Source of the DNA: the human T2T-CHM13v2.0 reference genome, Homo sapiens
Strand: one strand, 5' to 3'
Assembly (NCBI RefSeq): GCF_009914755.1
Contig: NC_060938.1
Length of the DNA: 64,000 nucleotides
Below the pieces are notes generated by a model. The model was not told the DNA's origin. It did not search any database and saw only the letters and a program-made list of their open reading frames with translations. This document shows, piece by piece, positions 1 to 12,990 of this stretch. Made by a program: the position numbers and the translations under genes. The stretch's first letter is position 1; each line of letters starts with the position of its first letter.

Positions 1-136
1 AAAAGTGAGAGAGTAACTCATATATGCTGACAATCATTTAATATTTTTAGTTATAAGTTAAATGGTTTGAATTACAAAACCAGCTTACTCAAATAACTTG
101 GTATGTAGCTAAACATACAATTGCCAATTGCTTATC

Positions 137-447
137 TTTTTTTTTTTTTTTTTTTTTTTTGAGACAAAGTTTCACTCTGTTACCCAGGCTGGAGTTCTGT
201 GGCTCCATCAGGGCTCACTGCACCTTTGACCTCTTGGAGTGAAGGGAACCTCCCACCTCAGCCTCCTGAGTAGCTGGGACCACAGGCATACACCACTAAG
301 CCCAGTTAATTTTTGTTTGTTTGTTTCTGTAGAAATGGTGTTTCCTCGTGTTGCCCATGCTGGTCTCCAATTCCTGAACTCAAGTAATCCATCTACCTTG
401 GCCTCCTAAAGTGCTGGGATTACAGGTGTGAGCCACCATGCTCAGCC
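137..447 (-). mobile_element. Alu, AluJ-like, full length
   Basis: Poly-T 137-160, then GAGACAAAGTTTCACTCTG...GTGCTGGGATTACAGGTGTGAGCCACCATGCTCAGCC; degenerate TSD tgcttatc/tgctcatc. Confidence 0.95.
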
Positions 448-1167
448 TGCTCATCATTATTTATATCAACTTCAATCCTAAGGATTATGCTTTTCCTTCT
501 GTAGGATTTATTAAAAAGAGTCTTTTCTTTGGAATAAACTATTTTGTGACTTTTCTATAAAAACAATGAGACTAGGATTATAGAACATGACTCCTATATT
601 GCATAGCTTCTCAATGAAAGGAAATATTGAAGATAAATAAAAGGACAAATTGCATATAAGATAAATTAAATACATTATGAACCACTAGAATTGATAAAGT
701 AATATTTATGTTGTGTTTTTTCTCTCACGACTTTCATCTGACTTTTCACAGAGCAAGTCAGAGACAGTAATCTCATTATAATGGTATTAAAACACCACTC
801 TTAAACACAAACTGTTTTGAAATTCTTACTTTACAATAACACTCAAGGTTAGCATTAGAAAAAATGATCCTTACTGGTACCTTAAAAAATCCTTTCTGCA
901 AAAAAAGTAGCCATGCTACCAACTAATAGATCTTTATTATCTTCAGGTTTTATTAGTTGGGGCTACAGTCATGGCAAGAATATAGATCTAAATACAAAGA
1001 ATGTTATTACTTCATCAACCATAAGAAAAGTTACTCTGCAATGATCCTTAATAAGGCTTGCTTTATAATGTTTCTGATTAAGTAATTGCATATACATTGA
1101 CACACACACACAAATGCACTCATCCCACGCTGAACTCTCCATTATTATCTCTGTTACTTAGGAATGC

Positions 1168-1680
1168 TGTAGCGGATACTGGGGTTTCTCTGTAACCTTC
1201 TTTCCACTATCCACCGATTGTGTAGCACATAGTTGAATTGGCATGCCTAGTCCCTCAGCTTCAACACTTAAAACATTCGGGATTATCCTATGCTTTCTGC
1301 CACCATTGATTTTTTCTTATAACCCAGGCAGAAAACAAGTGGTGTGTGGTGACATTGGCTTAACCACAGAAAATGGTTCAGATTTGGTTCAATGCATTTG
1401 AATTTCAGAAAATTGACTTAGAACATTAAAACAGAGATTTCTTTCTTCCTGATGTAATTTGTAACTTAAAGCCTGAATCTTCTAAAATCACTCAATTATT
1501 TGAGGGAAGCCACTGAAGGATAGAGCTGACACAGAAAGGAAAGAATATGTAGTTGATGCAAACATAAAATAAAATAACAAGGATCCTGATTAAAGAACAA
1601 ACGCCTGAAAACGCTTTAGGTATCCTTTGCTCCTTCATTTGGTTTTAGTAGGTTTACCATTTAATCAAATTTTGATGGCA
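1168..1680 (+). mobile_element. Ancient MaLR LTR (MLT1K/L/M-like), highly diverged
   Basis: GGATAGAGCTGACACAGA and GGATCCTGA...GCCTGAA blocks resemble old MLT1 LTRs; boundaries approximate. Confidence 0.4.
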
Positions 1681-3340
1681 GGAGATACAATAAATTACAT
1701 ATGACTATTGTTTTCAATATTAAGAAATCCATGCTTAAGAACATATTATATATTCATTGTCTACATAAAACCTTTTCCTTGATTAATACACTTTGTCTAG
1801 GTAAGGGCAGGAGTTGAATATTCCATTTATAGTTGAATTTCACAAGTCTTTAACTTCTAGTAAAAATAAAGTTTCTACCAATAAAAGATAATATGCACCT
1901 AGTAGTATTTAATATTCACATTAGCCAGTCATAAATACTGTAGACAATTCAGTCATATGAGGTTCATCTAGCTCCAAGGACTGTTTAACTTAGTTGTAGA
2001 AATATATGGTAGTTTTGTCCAAGAGCAAGTATCCTTTATAATGTAACTGTGACCAAGGCCCAATTCACAATTTAAAAAAAAATTTATATATTAGTGTGGA
2101 TTTACACTGCTATATAAATATGTTTTAGTCTGTTTGATATACCAGTGTAGCTCATGAATTGATAATTAATAATGTTAAAAAATACATTACATTTTCCTTT
2201 TATTAAAAGTATATACAAAATCACAAAATCACTGATCCATTACTTTCTTCTGCTCTTTAAAATTAGTGCTAAAATAAATGTAACTACATTCTGGTTACAG
2301 TCATTTAAATTGAAAATTATTCTGTTATTATCTTGTCAGCAAGCTTCTCTAAATCCATATATTTCAAGTTAAAGAGGTAGGAAAAGTAAGAAATGTTTAC
2401 ATTCAATTTCGAAAGAAAGCTATGAAGAAATTGAGTTTAAGTGCTATTCAGTTAAAATGACTATGGGTGATTGACTATGCTTGGGTGATTCATATTGTAT
2501 GGTTCATTTGCTTTCTAAAACTAGGTAATTGTTCAAAGTCACTTATTTATTTTAATAAAACGTTATTTCCTATTTAATCTGTATTGGTCACTGACATAGA
2601 AGCGACAAGTGCAGAGTGAAATAGAACCTAGTCCCTGTCTTCCAAAGTCTTACATTCTTCACTGCTGGGAGGCTGTGAACTTTCACAAGTGCATGATCAT
2701 TAATGATCAAGACGCTGCTCTGTTTCTATAGACTCTGTTCCTTCGGTCCTCTGGCCCTTTAGCCTGTGGTTAAATTGTCTACCATCTCTTTCTGCTTACA
2801 TAATTCTACACTATAAAATTTGTAACGATCAGTGGAGGTAAAATGTATTAATCTTTCAAAAAATTATGCATGCACATTTTTATATTGTGATTGCATATTA
2901 TATGGTCTTATTTAGGTGGTAAAAAATTTTTAATTTTTAGTAATATTGGAAATTTTGCTAAATATTTTATGGTGGCATTAATATATTCATTTATATAATA
3001 ATTATTTATTGAATAGCTACTTTATGACAGATGCTGTTCTACCTGCAGTCAAGTCAATTCACTGTTGATTATTTTCTTTAAAATCTAATCAAATAGGAAA
3101 ATACATACTTCAGGAAATAAAATAGTGCAGAGATAATGACTTGCCCTAGGAGGGTCAGATTGCATTATACAAATATTTCACACAGGGCTAGAATGTCTTA
3201 TCTTAGTAAAACCACGTGCATTGTACATTTTCTCTCTGGGTTAAATATATTCTTTGATACTTTTTGAATAATCTTAGAAGCTCTTTGAAATGATGCATTT
3301 TAGAAAAGGTACATTTTTTTCCTCCATGGTTATTCAATAT

Positions 3341-4205
3341 TTTTAAACATGCTTTATTTTTAGACTATTTTAGACTCACAGTAAAGTTGAGCAGAATGTG
3401 CAGATCTTTTCCGTATACTCCTCATGACAAATGTGTATATTTTTTTTATTATCAATATTCCCCACCTGAGTGATGTATTTGTTACAATTAATGAACTTAC
3501 ATTGACACATAATTATTGCCCAAAGTCCATAGTTTACATTAGGCTTCACTCTTGATTCTGTACATCCCATGGATTTGGACAAATGTTTAATTACTTGTAT
3601 CAACAATTATAGCGTCATTCAGAGTAGTTTCATTGCCTTGCTCTAAAAGTCCTCTGCTCCATCAATTCATACCTCCCTACCCAAACCCTGGCAAACACTG
3701 CTATTTTTACTGTCTTCATAGTTTGCCTTTTGCATATAGATATCATATAGTTGGATTCAAACCGTAAGCAGCTTGTTCAGATTGAGATTTTTGGGAGTCT
3801 TGGTAATTGCATTAAGTTTTCTATATTTACTTTCATTGCTTGAAATTGAATTTCTTTGTAATGCTAAATTGTATTCTACTTTCTTGATGTGCTACTGTTT
3901 ATCTATTCATGTATGGAAGAAATCTTGGTCGATTATAAGTTTTGGCAATTATGAATAAACCTTTTATAATAATCTATGTGAAAGTTTTTGTGTGGAGATA
4001 AATTCTCAATTATTTTAGGTAAATACCAAGGAGCACCACTGATGGATCATATGGTAAGAGCATATTTAGTTTTATAAAAAAAATGCTACGAAATTGGCTT
4101 CCAAAATGGCTGTACGCTTTTGCTTTCCAACCAGCAATAAGTTACAGTTCTTGTTGCTCCACATCTTGGTTAGCATTTGGTATTGTCTGTGTTCTAGTTT
4201 TTAAG
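3341..4205 (-). mobile_element. L1MC/L1MD-type 3' end
   Basis: TTTGTTACAATTAATGAACTTACATTGACACATAATTATTGCCCAAAGTCCATAGTTTACATTAGG is a typical old L1 3' UTR, followed by antisense ORF2 C-terminal sequence. Confidence 0.85.
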
Positions 4206-4900
4206 ACTTTGTTTTTTATACATTAAGTAATGTTTTTGAATATGCATTAATAAAATGCTGTTTATTATTCTACTTTGTATATGAATAGTATCAGCATAAT
4301 TACGTTTGATGACAATAATTTCTTGTATATAATTCTTTACATTCAATTCACAATTTTTATATTTATATTATTAATGAAATTACTTTTACCTAACAGTTTT
4401 AGTTATAAATTATGATTATGATCTGGCCTCTGAAAGTCAATATGTACTTCTGACTGATTTCAAATTAGAATCCACTAAAATAGTAAACATTTTTAAAGCT
4501 TTTGCATTACATTAATTTCTAGGAAACATGTTTACCACATAAATATATAAAATGCAAATTTTTATGGTCCCACCAACTGAAAACTAATAATTAAAATTTT
4601 CATAGATCTTTATAAAATTTTTTTTAAAAAATAAAATATATAATATATAGTGCTATTATTTATTTTTATTTATTATATTTTGATGGTTTAAAAGTTAATC
4701 TTTAGTACTCCAAGGCAGAATTTTTATGGCTGCAGAATATCATTTTATGAGGACACATTATAATTTTGATATTATTTCTATATTTTGGGTTATTATAGTT
4801 ATTTCAAGTTTATTCTTAAAAGTAAACCACACTTTTCTGAAAAACTTGTATGTAAATCCTTAGAGAAGAGTGTTATTTTGCCTTACTTAAAAATTATTAA

Positions 4901-5118
<218 letters not shown>

Positions 5119-5587
5119 TCAATTTGCTTACAGCCCTAGATAAATGTATTAGTTAGGATAGGCTAAAGTGTTGTAAAAAATGTAACATAGAAGTGTTCAT
5201 GGTGCGAAAGAGTAAACAATTGTTTTGTGGATATTCCTTTAAGTGGATTTATGACCTCTGACTGATCATTAACGACCTGGTGTCTTTCTCTTTGGCACCT
5301 ACATCCAGGACACATAAAGGAAAAAGGGATAAAATAAATGATGACTGCTTTGAAAGCTTTGTTCCTTTGGCATTAACTAAACAAATGTTTACAAGGAGAC
5401 TTGGATATTTCATCCTGAGTTGCTTCCAACCTATATCTGTAAACAATGGAAAATGACAACAGATGTTTAGGAACATCTAAAAGCTTTGCTCCAATCCACT
5501 TCTGGACCATTTTATTCACAGAGGACATATCAACATCCTCTTCACCTCTGTCCAAAAAAATAACAATTCAAATTTGCATCCCCTTAC

Positions 5588-5738
5588 CTCAGCAGCTCAA
5601 CATCCAGTTTCACAGCCCTTTGCACAGACATAGATGTGGCTCTTTTGGGTTTGGCATTTGTTTAGGTCAGAGGATACATCTTCTTCAAGTGCTCATTCAG
5701 CTTTTCACTCTATCGTCCAAATAATTGTGAGTTCTCTG
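5588..5738 (-). other. Candidate non-coding exon (151 nt, or 148 nt via the NAGNAG acceptor)
   Basis: On the - strand: ctttttcttttgTAG|CAG acceptor and GAG|GTAAGG donor; stop codons in all three frames. Confidence 0.4.
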
Positions 5739-6062
5739 CTACAAAAGAAAAAGCTTTTTAAAACACTGAAAATGCCAACACTGGGTAAAATCATTAAGAT
5801 TTTACTCCGTGTTGAATGGGTAAACAACTCATTAATTCATCGGTTTTAGTTTATTTAATCATCAAAAATAATTCTTGCATATTTGTGGTTATTTGCTTTT
5901 AAGTATATATATTAGATATATTTGTCATTTGTACTTCTTGTTTTTTTATTGATAACATTTTTCCTTTAATTACTGTTAAGCCTGGTCTCCAATATTGAGT
6001 TATTTTCATTAATTCTAAAATGAGAATATTCATAATCCTTTTCTTCTGTCTAATCTCTATTG

Positions 6063-8155
6063 TATTTTATTTTATTCTGTGTTTTTATTATAGATTCAGG
6101 AGGCACATGTGCAGGTTTGTTATAAAGGTATATTGCAGTGGTGGAGTTTGAGCTTCTAGTATACTCATCACCCCAATTTTGGGCGTAATACCAAATATGT
6201 AGCTTCCAACCCTCCCCTACTCCTCACACTCTTTTCTTTTGGAGTTCCAGGTATTTATTGTTTTCATCTTTATATCCTTGTGTACCCACTGTTTAGCTCC
6301 CACTTTTAAGCGGGAACATGTGATATTTGATTTTCTCTTTCTGAGAAAATAACTTCAGATAATGACCTGCAGCTGCATCCATGTTGCTGTGGAGGACATG
6401 ACTTCATTATTTTTTATGTCTGTGTAGTATTCCAAGGTGTATGTATAATATGATATCTTTATTCAATCCACCATTGATAGGCACCTAGGTTGATTCTATG
6501 TCTTTGCTATTGTGAATAGTGCTGCAACAAAAAGAAAATGAGTGTAGGTATTCTTTTGGTAAGATGACTTCTTTTCTTTTGGGTAGATACCCAGTAGTGG
6601 GATTTCTAGGTTGAATGGTAGTTCTATTTTTAGTACTTTGAAAAATCTCCATACTGTTTTCCATAGAACTTGGACTATTCCCATCAACAGTTTATAAGCA
6701 TTCTCTTTTCTCCTCATCTTCAACATCTGTTATTTTTTGACTTTTTAACAGTAGCCATTCTGACTAGTGTGAGATAGCATCTCATTGTGTTTTGATTTGT
6801 ATTTCTCTGATGACTAGTTTTGTTGAGCATTTTTTTCATGTTATTGGCAACTTGTTAAGTTTTCTTTTGAAAAGTATCTTTTCATGTCTCATGTCCACTT
6901 TTATTGGGGTTATTTACTGTTTCTTGTTAATTTGTTTAAGCTCCTTATAGATTCCAGATGTTATTCCTTTGTCAGAGGCATACATTTTCTCCCATTCTGG
7001 AAGTTGTGTGTTTACTCTGTTGATTGTTTCTTTTGCTCTGCAGAATCACTTTAGTTTATTTAAGTACCATCTGTCTATTTTTTATTGTTGTTCCATTTGC
7101 TTTTGAGGTCCTAGTCATAAATTCTTAGGTTAGCCCAATATCTAGAAAAGTTTTTCTTAAAATTTCTTCTATTTATTTTATTTTATTTTTTAGTTTGAGG
7201 TCTTACATTTAAGTTTTTAATCTACCTTGAGTGAATTTTTGTATATAGTGAGAGATTGGGGTCAAGTTTAATTCCTCTGCATATGGCTAATCAATTTCCC
7301 AAGTATCATTTATCGAAAACAGTGTTGGGTTCCCCTTTGTTTGCCTTTATTGACTACATTGAAGATGAGTTGGTTGAAAGTGTATGGATTTATTTCTGAT
7401 TTCTCTATTCTATTACATTGATATATGTGTCCATTTTTGTACCAGTTCCATGCTGTTTTGATTACTGTAGTTTTATAGTATAGTTTGATATCAAATAATG
7501 TAATGCCTCTGGCTTTGTTCTTTTTGTTTAGGATTGCTTTGATTATTTGGACTCTTTTTAGGTTCTATATAAATTTTAGAATTTTTCTCTAATTCCACAA
7601 AAATAATGACATTGGTAATTTGATAAGAATTGCATCGAATCTCTAGATGCTTGGGAAAATATACTTATTTTAATGGTATTGATTCTCCCTATCCATAAGC
7701 ATGGAATGTTTAGATTTGTTTGTGTCACTTATCCTTTTTGTCATCAGGGGTTTGTAGTTCTCTTGATAAAAGTATTTTATCCCCTTGGTCAAATATATTC
7801 CTAGTTTTTTGCATGTGTGTGGCAGTTGTAAATGGAATTGAGTTCTTGATTTAATTCTTAGCTTGAGCATTGGTGGTATACAAAAATGCAACTGATTTGT
7901 GCCTTAATTTTGTATCCTGATGCTTTCGTGAATTTGTCTATCATTATTTTCCTATTGCTCTGTCTAGGAATTCCAGTACTCTGTTTAACAGCATTGGTGA
8001 GAGTGGATATCCTTATCTTGCTCCAGTTCTTAAGGAATATACTTTCGGCTTTTGGTTATTCAGTATAATGTTGGCTGTGGCTTTTACTATTTTGAGTATG
8101 TTCTCCCTATGACTAGTTTGTTGGGGGGTGGGGGTTAATCATGAAGGATTTTAGA
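6063..8155 (-). mobile_element. L1PA15/16-like 5'-truncated L1 (3' UTR plus ORF2 C-terminal part)
   Basis: Antisense L1 3' end (GCACATGTGCAGGTTTGTTA...); ORFs 6496-6726 and 7670-7891 translate to degraded ORF2p (WKTVWRFFK..LKIELPF..IPLLGIYPKE); internal deletion near 7945. Confidence 0.93.
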
Positions 8156-8409
8156 TTTTTTTTTCTTTTCTGTTTTTTTTGAGACGGAGCCTCGCTCTGT
8201 CAACAAGGTGAGATCTCAGCTCACTGCAACCTCCGCCTGCAGGGTTCAAGCAATTCACCTGCCTCAGCCTCTTGAGTAGCTGGGACTACAGGCATGCACC
8301 ACTGCACCTGGGTAACTTTTTTGTATTTTAGTAGAGATGGGGTTTCACCATGCTGGCCAGGCTGGTCTTGAACTCCTGACCTTGTGATCCGCCTGCCTAG
8401 GCCTCCCAA
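8156..8409 (-). mobile_element. AluS, missing about 35 nt of its 5' end, with a small internal deletion
   Basis: T-tail, GAGACGGAGCCTCGCTCTGTC...CTCCTGACCTTGTGATCC...GCCTCCCAA, then stops abruptly. Confidence 0.93.
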
Positions 8410-8877
8410 TTTTTACTTTTACTTCATATCTCTTTGCTACTATGGGTAACCCAAATGGATATTAAAATACTTTACCTTGCTACTGCCAGTTATGTTTTAA
8501 TAACTATGGCAGTTTCACTGAATCCACTGTCTTTAAAAAAAGAATACTTTTTAAAACTGAATAATGTCAGAATAATTTCCCAGGATTCTAACATATCTCC
8601 TCATTTATGTCCTGTATTTTACATTGTATTTGGTGAAAGCAACACTCACTGTAAAATTGCAGTATACTAAGATTATTGAAAATGGTGCTTTTTCCCTAAA
8701 AAGTAATTTATTTATATCATGTATAGCATTTTATATATTGAAACAAAAAGAAAAATCCTAAATGCATTGTTATTAGGGAGCTTACTATGTTGGCATGCAT
8801 ATACATGCCTTCTCACATATACCTATTTATACGCTAAATCTGACTCACAAACATAGTCAGAAAAACTGCCAGTAAGA

Positions 8878-9191
8878 ATAGGAGAAGATCCACTCCTCAA
8901 AACTTTGGTATTCCTTGGCTTGTAATCACTCTAATCTTTACCTCTATTGTCATATATCCATCTTTTTGTGTATGTCTTTGTCTCCTCTTATATGGGTACA
9001 AGCCATGAGGATTAGAGCCCACTCAAATTCAGTATTACTTTATCTTATCTCGATTACATCTTCAATGTCACTACTTTTAAATAGTGTCACACTTACAGGT
9101 ACTGAATGAGAACTTCAGCATATCTTTTGTGAGGGCCAACATTCAGAACTTCAGCATATCTTTTGTGTAGGACACAATTTAACCCACCTCA
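8878..9191 (-). mobile_element. MLT1C-like MaLR LTR, 5' part
   Basis: Reverse complement matches the recalled MLT1C start (GGGTTAAATTGTGTCC...AAAAGATATGCTGAAGT...CAGTACCTGTAAGTGTGAC). Confidence 0.8.
9109..9167. repeat. Local tandem duplication, period 36, 23-bp identical core
   Basis: AGAACTTCAGCATATCTTTTGTG at 9109-9131 and 9145-9167. Confidence 0.95.
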
Positions 9192-9274
9192 GTGTATAAT
9201 TAAAACTTTTAGGAGTGACAATTATTCTAACACCCAGTTCCTTTAATAGGAGGAATATTTATTCTGTTCTCTTT

Positions 9275-9345
9275 CCATCTCCCATGCCTAGCACAAGGTC
9301 TGACACATAATAAATCCTCAGTACACATTGTTGAAAACATGAATA
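9275..9345 (+). mobile_element. L2 3' tail fragment
   Basis: GCCTAGCACAAGGTCTGACACATAATAAATCCTCAGTACACATTGTTGAA. Confidence 0.6.
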
Positions 9346-9589
9346 TAAGAGCCAGAACCTATGACTAGGCTTTAGTTTTATTTCTTACCAGCCTTGGAAA
9401 ATCTTTCTAGAATTTTATTCTAAGGCCCATGCTTCAACTTCTAGCCATATTTTAACCCCTTTAACTTTCTCAAGAACTCTCTCCTTAAAAATTATTTTTT
9501 GTATGTCAATTTATTATCTATTAAGTTCTTTCCATTTGCATGCACACATATTCTAAAATGTATTATTTCAAAATATAATTATCTTGAAT

Positions 9590-10075
9590 CAGTTCCATTC
9601 TGATGTGTGATAATATTTTGGTTGTAGCTTTGAAATATAAATAAACTACTCATAGATATCTTCCTTTCTTAGATGATATGAAGCACTTGATTGCTGTTTT
9701 GCAAGAAAATAGATAATTTCCGTCACTCCTCCAATGATGACTATTGGCTTTGGTATGATCACATTTATACCTCCATGGTTTGATACTACGCATGTGTATG
9801 TACACAATGAATTTCTGTTGCAATGCTGAATCTAAAGTAATGTTTAAATATGACAATTAAACCTAAAATTTAGTATCAGCTCTACATGTAGATTAATTGA
9901 TGTGACAAAATTATGACAAATATGATCACTTTTTGCATACTCACAAATAATGGTAACTATGTCATGATAGCTATTCAAGCAGAAGTAATTGTAAGATGAC
10001 ATCACTCTAAGACAAACTCAACTTCAGAGGCATTCAAATATGGAAATCATGCCTCTTGGGATTTATGAAATGCAG
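9590..10075 (-). mobile_element. Kanga/MER104-family (TcMar-Tc2) DNA transposon 5' part with transposase N-terminus remnant
   Basis: TIR-like CTGCATTTCATAAATCCCAAG on - at 10075; ORF 9650-9856 (DSALQQKFIVY...HWR...KCFISSKKGRY) resembles the pogo/Tc2 Brinker-type DNA-binding domain. Confidence 0.7.
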
Positions 10076-11594
10076 TCAAATATAGATAGGCATAATCTAA
10101 CAAAAATTTCAAAAAGAAAGATATAAATAATAGAGAAGAAATACTTTCAAAATTCATAATATGAAAACATGGTTTATTTTAGGAGGGAGAAGTATTTTTA
10201 TGTCCTCTAGCTAAGTATTTGGCTGTGTGAAAATTCAAAAGGCAATGATAAAAAAAAAAGAGATAAAACATGTATGAAAAAATAAATATATTTGGACGTA
10301 CACTGAAATTGAGATGAAATAAATAAACAGCTTCTGCATTACAACTTGAAAGCTTAAAGAGTAAAAATAAAAAGAATACAAAATTACAAGCAAAACGAGG
10401 AAAATTTTATTGAAAGAAAACTATAATGTGCACTAGGTTAAATTCTAGCAGCTTTCAGGTTGTAAATGTCAAGATTTCAGAGCAACTGAACACAAAACTA
10501 TCTGCCATTGTGACCTAAATATTAGGAATGTAATTCATTTTGGTCAGCAGGAATTCACAAAAGGAGGATTGCAGTAAGACTGAATTTCTTTTAGGAACAG
10601 TGATACAAAATTCACATAGGATGGCCCTTGATATAATTTTCTGACGTTTAAAAAGGCTTTCACTACTCTTTTTAAATAAAGGATTATAATATAATGGAAA
10701 AAAAGTATGCCATTGAAGACAAGCCATTGAATCTATGAAAAGATGCTTTCACTATCAAAGAAAAATGTTACTAATAGAAATGGCTTGGAATTGAATACAG
10801 TATTTGGAGACTTAAAAATTCCACTTTTTAATTGAATAATGATCTATACGATATATCGCACACAAAAAAAGGTAGGACATGTATTCTATACCAGCCTTGT
10901 ACATTGGGGCAAATAAAATTCAGTCATTCATAAAATGCTATAATGCATTAAAAATTAAATGATACTGTGATTACACATATGAACTTTTCATATTGAAATT
11001 CACATTTCATTTTTGTAGACATACATTCTTTCCATAGATGATCCATCACTGTAAGAATGAGACATAGACTGTTTGTCATTTTATGCTAAATAATCGAATT
11101 ATAGAAAAAGAGCAGCTAAAGAAATATCCTAGATGTATGGCAAAAAGGTGGATTTTACATGACTTTTTATTTCAACCACCATCTTATCATAGCCATATTC
11201 TTTCTATAGCAATCTGTATTTACAATGTGTTCATATGATTTTAACTCTCTTTTAATAGCATTATTCTTCTTTTTCACAAATATAATAGCTCTCATTCTTT
11301 TAATGTTTGAGTCATTCTAAAATCACATTGCAAGCTGCTTATTTGAGCAAAATGATGAACTAGTTACCTTGAAAATCCATCTGCTAGAAACCTTAGAAAA
11401 TGCTTAAGAAAACAATTTTAAATGCATAACTGCTTACAAGAACAACAAAATAAAATATAAAAATTCCTGGAGCAGAATAAAGAATGAATTGGAAAGCAAA
11501 TCAACCCACCTGAGCTAATGTAGTAACAGCTCCAGGAGAAGTTGCTGGGCTTGGTGTTCTCCAAGATTGTACATTGATTTTTAAAATTAACTGA

Positions 11595-11657
11595 TTTTAT
11601 TCTTGCATAATTTACATAAAGGAAAAACATAGATCTGCAGTATACAGTTTTATGAGC
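11595..11657 (-). mobile_element. L1ME-type 3' tail fragment, interrupted by MLT1H
   Basis: TTTTATT..CATAATTTACATA..ATAGATCTGCAGTATACAGTT..ATGAG. Confidence 0.55.
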
Positions 11658-12990
11658 TTAGTAGATTGAAAAAAAATAAAAGGCTGCAACTTGTCCCTCT
11701 CCTTCTAAACAAGCCTTTTGCAAATATAGTTCTATGCTGACTCTGTGCTGGCCTTGAGACTTGATTTGCCCAGTGGGATATTGGAACATGAGACTAAAGC
11801 AGAGCCTTTGAAAATACTTTCACATAGGATGAGCTTGCGTATATCTCTTGGAAACCCTTAAACCACAACTGTTTGAAAAAGGCAAAACAAGTCTATTGAA
11901 TGATGATCAACACATGATCAAGCCATCTCTTGCTCCAGCTGAAATCTAACCAAACACCACAACTGTGAATGTGGCCATCTTAGAAATTTAGTTCAAACTA
12001 GGACTCTGACACTGGAGATTGTCTGAGTTAGCCCATAGCCGAAGAACCTCCAAGGGTAAACAGACAGATGTGGCTTCATGAGTTTGTAACTACACAGGAC
12101 TCTGAGATCAATACTGTAAAAGCTCCTGGGGCTAAATATACTGTGATCTCTGTCTTGAAATTTCTAATAATTTTATTTTTTAAATTATATTTTCCAAATG
12201 AAGTCTCATGGGCAATGGAGCGTATAGGAAGTACTTGGAATTTTTGTTCACATGGAATCCTGCAACCCATATCCTCCCTGTCTCCCTGAAACATATTCTC
12301 AGCAGTTACTCCACTTTCCCCAGGTGCCCAAGACTCTACTTGGCCTTCCCTCCTTACCCTACTGCCCTCAAGCGCCTGAGTGCGAGCTTTGTCAGGGCCA
12401 TATTTAGTTTCCACTCCTTGGCATCTCAGCCTGGGGAATGGTGGCAGCTGTCCTTGCCCTAGGGTGAATTGCCAAGACATTTTCTATAGTTATTTCAGCT
12501 GGAACAAGCCCCTGGCCCTCCCTTGATCCAGGATAAACACATCCCTGAATAGAGATTGTGATCCTTTGGGGGTCACCTGTCTGTCACTGGTTGGGGTATT
12601 GAGACCACGGAATGGGCTGAGTGACTTCCTTGCCCTTTGTAGGATCATAGCACATTTTTCTGGCAGCTGGCGGGAGAAGGAATTTAATAGCAACTGAGCC
12701 ACAGGCATGTGCCAGGCCATGGATGGGACTCCCAACGCCTGTCAGGTTCATACTTGCCAGTGAGTGTTCACTGTCCGTGAAATAACAAATTAAAATAGTA
12801 CTATCATAGCTCATGAGAGAAAGAAAGAGAGCCCATGGGAAGACTGAAAAAAAGTTTTACATTTAGGGCCTTTAATGATAATTTTCCCCAAAGGCATTTC
12901 ATTTTGCACAAGGCCCTCCAAATAATGTAGCTGCTGCTGCTCACAGAATCATGAGAAATGATAAATAGTTTCTGCATTAAGCCCCTTTAA
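11658..12990 (+). mobile_element. MLT1H-like MaLR LTR, split by a MER45 insertion
   Basis: GCTGGCCTTGAGACTTGATTTGCCCA...GCAGAGCCTTTGAAAA; resumes at 12940 with CACAGAATCATGAGAAATGATAAATAG...TTAAGCC. Confidence 0.75.
12065..12939 (+). mobile_element. MER45B/C (hAT-Tip100) non-autonomous DNA transposon
   Basis: Ends CAGATGTGGCTTCATG...GTCTTGAAATTTCTAATAATTTT and CATTTCATTTTGCACAAGGCCCTCCAAATAATGTAGCTGCTGCTG; degenerate 8-bp TSD taaacaga/ctcacaga; explains the GC-richer ORFs at 12.0-12.8 kb. Confidence 0.85.

Noticed and set aside
12068-12814. Cluster of longer ORFs (up to 134 aa)
   Set aside because: They lie inside the GC-richer MER45 element, where stops are rarer; no recognisable protein homology.
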